A stretch of 11,975 nucleotides of DNA from Methanomicrobiales archaeon. Lineage in GTDB: Archaea > Halobacteriota > Methanomicrobia > Methanomicrobiales > Methanospirillaceae. Location of the stretch: the NCBI GenBank assembly GCA_037137755.1, contig JBAXJR010000057.1, forward strand, positions 1 through 11,975, given 5' to 3'. Below, piece after piece: positions 8,351 through 11,975 of this stretch; positions within the stretch are counted from its first letter, which is position 1, and the number at the start of each line of letters is the position of its first letter. The notes under the pieces are model-generated. The model saw nothing but the letters and a program-made list of their open reading frames with translations, was not told the origin of the DNA and did no database searches. Made by a program: the position numbers and the translations under genes.

Positions 8351-8385
8351 ACCTGTGAAACGACAGGTTACATTAATTTTAAATA
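8351..8385 (+). promoter_or_regulatory. Inverted repeat ACCTGT-N6-ACAGGT followed by TATA box TTTTAAATA
   Basis: Perfect 6-bp IR at 8351-8368; TATA-like 8377-8385; SD-like AAGGTGG at about 8426-8432 before the ATG at 8438. Confidence 0.45.
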
Positions 8386-8437
8386 CTTCTATAGCTTAAT
8401 TTCGATGCTTACATAATTATCGATCAAGGTGGCGTAG

Positions 8438-9250
8438 ATGAACAAAAAAGTATCGATAGGTGTGATCATCATAGCGATGGTGATCGTTATTGCAGTCTCT
8501 GGCTCAGCTATGGCTGCTCGTCCTGTACCGGCTGGGAATGAAACCTCCCAGATTATTGTCAGAACCTCCGCAAAAGTCGTTGGTAGTTTCATAGCAGAGA
8601 CCGACCTTGCACTTCAGCAGAGTACGGGTGACCTGAGTCCTCCATTGACAGATGGTGAACAGATTGGACTTGCGGTCTATTCTGAGAACACCATTGGTAT
8701 CAATGGTGAGACAAATTACATCAAGGACACGCACATTAACACTGGTGATGTGGTAAACGGGCAGGAAAATGTCCAGACTGACAGGATTATTACGTTTGAA
8801 GGTGGAGACGGTGGCCGTATGGTATCAAGCGAAAATGTAATCGTTTCTACTGTTGGAACTGAAACTACCAGTACAGCAGGTTGCTGTCCATGGGGAAGCA
8901 CGACCAATACTACGTTGCCAGCGGAGTGCGAGACAGTCCAGGCTGGTAGCACTATGGATGTATATGAGGTTTCCGCAAGTTCCAGCAGCGGAGTGCGGGT
9001 TATTTCGGATACACCGGGAACAACGGTATCTCTCGATTACAGAATCGATGCCCGCGGAATCAACCAGACTCAAGGCAGCACGGAAAATGCGGCAATCGGA
9101 AGTGCAACAGCATATGTTGATGGCAAGATCCTGGCCAGTACGGGTAATGGCACTGCAGTTGGTACCGATATGGAATACCATGATGTGACGTCAGTTGACG
9201 GGCTCTTTGACCTGTCGAAGGATGTGAGTTACTCGTCGGCACCCAACTAA
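8438..9250 (+). CDS. Secreted beta-rich protein, putative Methanomicrobiales sheath/MspA-like family
   Basis: Signal peptide ending SAMA|A; P-x-P-x-x-x-ETS N-terminus, PPL...VYSENT...YIKD, GCCPWG...PAEC...AGST, IGSATAYVD and C-terminal YHDVTSVDGLFDLSKDVSYSS. T/S/G/V/D-rich with alternating beta patterns. The CDS is secure; the family name comes from recalled similarity only. Confidence 0.8.
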   Translation: MNKKVSIGVIIIAMVIVIAVSGSAMAARPVPAGNETSQIIVRTSAKVVGSFIAETDLALQQSTGDLSPPLTDGEQIGLAVYSENTIGINGETNYIKDTHINTGDVVNGQENVQTDRIITFEGGDGGRMVSSENVIVSTVGTETTSTAGCCPWGSTTNTTLPAECETVQAGSTMDVYEVSASSSSGVRVISDTPGTTVSLDYRIDARGINQTQGSTENAAIGSATAYVDGKILASTGNGTAVGTDMEYHDVTSVDGLFDLSKDVSYSSAPN

Positions 9251-9273
9251 CGTGGGATAATTCAGTCCTGAGT

Positions 9274-9330
9274 AATGGGGAAGAAAATCAATATCTCCAT
9301 TTTTAATTTTTTTACTGGTAAGTTTTTTTA
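9274..9330 (+). terminator. Hairpin + T-tract terminator candidate
   Basis: AATGGGGA (9274-9281) pairs with TCTCCATT (9294-9301), followed by T-rich runs at 9300-9313 and 9323-9329, downstream of the 8438-9250 gene. Confidence 0.5.
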
Positions 9331-9958
9331 CTTTATACCAATTTTCTGGTTATGGTTTTTCTCCAAAATTAGGATGACCCCATATTTCCCGGAATGGACA
9401 AATCAACCCCCTTTTCTGAAAATTACATTGCAGTAAAACACAAAACCGGGTAAAAAGAAATTATTTTTTAAGCGTCTTTTTTGTTCGAGGATATACATTA
9501 TGTGGTCGGTTATGATGTTGCGAGGTAGATCTGGTGTCTTTGGGTCAACCATATGATGGGGATTGCCACCTCCAAACCCCTGCGTTGAGATTGTTCCCGC
9601 CCATGTGCAGGTGTCCGGTGCGACAGCTCGTCGGGTTACGCCGGGCGAGGCGTTGTTCCTGGCATCGTATCCCCCTAACGTTTCAATGGCATCCCAACTA
9701 TTTTCTGATGAAACTTTTTACCCATGATGAGAGAATGTATGTATACAATGAAATCTCCTAAAACTGGAGAAGTGCCATTCCCATTAACCCTGAATTGGTA
9801 GGCAGGTTGCGATCTAATGACTCAACTGCCAAATGAGAACATACTTTTAATCTGATTTTTGCACTTCCCGTGCGGGTTTCTTTTTAGGGCTGATAGGGGT
9901 GCCGTTTGGCTTATATATCTTCAGATTTTAGACCAAATCTCGATGAATATCGTGATTT

Positions 9959-10147
9959 TTATTCTTCCAAAGGTTCAAAACTTTCAATTTCCTGCCAGGG
10001 TATCAGTTGAACCGGGAATAGATCTCTGATAAACAAGGGATTTCCATCTCTAGCTAATCCCCGCTATATCATAACCTCAATACCCCCTTCGGTAACAATC
10101 CGGTATTTTTTACCTTGAATCAAATCGTATTCTTCCCCATCTGCCAT
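9959..10147 (-). pseudogene. Small protein gene (62 codons) interrupted by one in-frame TAG
   Basis: Manual translation: MADGEEYDLIQGKKYRIVTEGGIEVMI*RGLARDGNPLFIRDLFPVQLIPWQEIESFEPLEE(TAA). The TAG is at 10064-10066, and both halves read like a small beta-barrel protein. Confidence 0.5.
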
Positions 10148-10283
10148 GTAATAAAATCTGAATATGGGTATATGGGAAGCTGCCGGATGCGGGGTGAAAA
10201 AATAAATTCATGGGTTATTAGTGTAGAACAAATCATTTCCAATTTTCAGTGTATCATTGAGATCCCGAAAAAAGTTGGGGTGG

Positions 10284-11486
10284 TCACGTCGTAACGATCC
10301 CACCAAACTGATTGTTTAAGGCAAGCTGAATTTTTTCCATTTCAAGTCCAGAGAGTCCGCTGACCGCTGGCTTGCCAACCGAGGAAATGGACCCCTTCAC
10401 TATGTCTCCTGTATAAGGCTTCTTCAGAAGGGAGGGAAATCTTGGATCATAGATACAGTTTCGTGCTGGGTCATATATCATTGTCCAGGTGGTACCGGTT
10501 GACGACACACGTAATGTGTATGAATTACCGCCATTTGGTGTCCAAGTCCCGGTAAATCTTGCCGTTGTTCCTGTTATCCCTGGTTGGTACGCCATCCCGG
10601 GGAGCTGGAAGAAATAATAGCTTTCTTCCCAAGTGCCGTCAGCGTAGAACCTGTATCTATCATCATAACCGTAATCTCCTGTCATTCTCCAACCACCAAT
10701 TATTGGGTCTTGCACCGGGGCGACAGGTGTCGGTGTATAGGTGTAGGTTCTCGGCTTATAGGTGTAGGTTGGAGTCTTATAGGTGTAGGTTGGCGTCTTT
10801 ATCGGCGTAACCGTTGGTGTAGGTGTTGATATTTGTCCTGGAACAGTCGTCACGCTTCCCTGATACGGAGAATGAATAATGTTAGGATACCTTGTATCGT
10901 AAATGACATTGTTGAACAGGTCGTATTTCACGGTATATGATGCAACAGATATTGGACCGGGCGTAATGTGAGATGTACCAAATCTCGTATCTGTTAATGT
11001 GTATGAATTATCACCATTCGCACTCCAGACTCCCGAAAATACATATGTTTCCTTATCCTTCGGAACATATAGGCTGCCTGAATATGTGCCATCAGCATTA
11101 AACTGGTATCTACTATCATAACCAACCCAATCAGGATTGTTTGAAGATGCATAATAGTATCTCCAAGTGCCAATTATAGGATCTTGTGTAACATGGCTGA
11201 CTATGGGTGTAAAGACGTAGGGTTTCGGTTTATATGCAAACTTGGAGCTGGCTTTTAATGCATCATCATTAGTTGTAGGTGGTCTGGTATAGCTAAGTTC
11301 CGAAGTGGATAACCCTCCGTTTAACCCGACATCGGAAATCTTTGCATCTAACAGTGATGAAGTTACTTTAAAATTTTCATATGATTGATCAATAGCCGAT
11401 ACAGTACTTCCTGCAAAAGCAAGGAAGACTACTAATGTGAAAATCAGAGCAAATCGATTTATGTTAAAATTGCTTTCGTGTTTCAT
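10284..11486 (-). CDS. Secreted protein with two tandem lipocalin-like beta domains and a Thr/Pro/Tyr linker
   Basis: Start reassigned to the ATG at 11486 (MKHESN...FALIFTLVVFLAFAGSTVSA| signal peptide). Two copies of QDPIIGxWR...GYDxRYxFxADGT...FxGxWxxNGxNSYTL...YD..IYDxRxP...PYxG at about 11186-10857 and 10712-10407. Confidence 0.85.
   Translation of the reverse strand: MKHESNFNINRFALIFTLVVFLAFAGSTVSAIDQSYENFKVTSSLLDAKISDVGLNGGLSTSELSYTRPPTTNDDALKASSKFAYKPKPYVFTPIVSHVTQDPIIGTWRYYYASSNNPDWVGYDSRYQFNADGTYSGSLYVPKDKETYVFSGVWSANGDNSYTLTDTRFGTSHITPGPISVASYTVKYDLFNNVIYDTRYPNIIHSPYQGSVTTVPGQISTPTPTVTPIKTPTYTYKTPTYTYKPRTYTYTPTPVAPVQDPIIGGWRMTGDYGYDDRYRFYADGTWEESYYFFQLPGMAYQPGITGTTARFTGTWTPNGGNSYTLRVSSTGTTWTMIYDPARNCIYDPRFPSLLKKPYTGDIVKGSISSVGKPAVSGLSGLEMEKIQLALNNQFGGIVTT
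10736..10798. repeat. Three 21-bp tandem repeats encoding K-[TP]-[PR]-TYTY heptads
   Basis: Core TATAGGTGTAGGTT starts at 10736, 10757 and 10778 (period 21); protein reads KTPTYTYKTPTYTYKPRTYTY. Confidence 0.9.
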
Positions 11487-11782
11487 GGTGGCTTCCACTA
11501 TTTTTTTCTTCTGACTCAGTCCAGCATAAACGTATCGATTTAAATTTTGGGGTATGGTGAGACATTCCAATTAACTATCACGCACTTATTGAAGACCTGG
11601 AACAAGACATTGAACAATTTGAAAAGCAACCGGAACCGGTGAATAAACCCTCACGCACACGAACGCGGACCCCCGGTTGATATTTCCGGTTGTTGAGAGA
11701 GAGATCAGAAAATCCCGTCTCTTTTTCAGCATTCTAAAATTTCGAGAAAATAGATCTTCCGTGGAAAAGCGCAATTTTTATG

Positions 11783-11826
11783 AAAAGAACAAGGAATTAG
11801 GAGGAGAAATCCTCTTAATTATCCCT
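11783..11826 (-). terminator. Hairpin + U-rich tail terminator candidate of the 11846 gene
   Basis: Minus strand reads AGGGATAATTAAGAGGA-TTTC-TCCTCCTAATTCCTT-GTTCTTTT, starting about 20 nt after the TGA at 11846. Confidence 0.55.
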
Positions 11827-11845
11827 ATTCCCGTCTTAAACTCGT

Positions 11846-11975
11846 TCAGAGTAAAGACATACCAGACTGGTACTTGATATCCTTAGAGAATCCGGAGATC
11901 ATTCCGTTAACACTTGAGGATTCAGAGTAGACCAGGTCTTCGCTCTTAACGTTGTTGGTTGCGCCTCTTGCTTCC
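11846..11975 (-). CDS. 3' end of a third sheath-protein-like paralogue (5'-truncated by the window edge)
   Basis: Manual translation from 11974: EARGATNNVKSEDLVYSESSSVNGMISGFSKDIKYQSGMSLL*. Shares YSESSSVxG.I..FSK with the 117-aa protein and SVxG...SKD..Y.S with the 270-aa protein. Followed by a terminator-like hairpin. Not in the ORF track. Confidence 0.85.
   Translation of the reverse strand, partial: EARGATNNVKSEDLVYSESSSVNGMISGFSKDIKYQSGMSLL

Noticed and set aside
9534-9761. 75-aa + strand ORF and a start-less ~85-codon open frame on the minus strand
   Set aside because: No recognisable protein features; the minus frame has no usable start codon after the preceding stop.
10736-10798. 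Regularly spaced 14-bp direct repeats as a possible CRISPR or iteron array
   Set aside because: Period 21 with 7-nt related spacers, in frame inside a CDS: a coding tandem repeat.
11487-11570. 28-codon N-terminal extension of the 428-aa ORF
   Set aside because: It begins at a TTG, and the signal peptide starts at the ATG at 11486; the extension covers the likely promoter (TTTAAAT at about 11539-11545).
11561-11692. Protein-like + strand fragment (DIPINYHALIEDLEQDIEQFEKQ...) and a 9-bp inverted repeat CAACCGGAA/TTCCGGTTG (11627-11635 / 11684-11692)
   Set aside because: The fragment has no start codon (TGA directly upstream) and no identifiable family; the IR has no target-site duplication or second copy. 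Too weak to call a gene remnant or MITE.
11586-11877. ORFs 11586-11774 (-) and 11677-11877 (+)
   Set aside because: They run through low-complexity intergenic or terminator sequence, and the + ORF overlaps the true minus-strand gene end at 11846.

Overview
Archaeal window, most likely from a Methanomicrobiales methanogen (inferred from gene content and protein families). The left half (1-5315, visibly more GC-rich) is housekeeping. It holds a partial 2-TM K+ channel with an RCK domain (missed by the ORF track) and a catalytically degenerate NcsA/TtuA-like PP-loop protein. These are transcribed divergently, across a dyad-symmetric 53-bp spacer, from an overlapping rio2 - DUF460/COG2433 - thiL operon. 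The right half (5452-11975, more AT-rich) is a cell-envelope cluster in which every complete long ORF carries a signal peptide. It holds a TPR lipoprotein with many N-glycosylation sequons, a protein with two duplicated beta-rich domains and a TPTYTY-repeat linker, and three paralogues sharing a C-terminal Y-x-[ED]-x-x-S-V-x-G...[FL]-S-K motif. The paralogues are a 117-aa mini version, a 270-aa version, and the 3' end of a third gene at the window edge that the ORF track missed. From memory they resemble the Methanospirillum amyloid-like sheath protein family, which still needs a database check. A 62-codon ORF interrupted by one in-frame TAG lies at 9959-10147. No rRNA, tRNA, CRISPR array or intact mobile element was seen.
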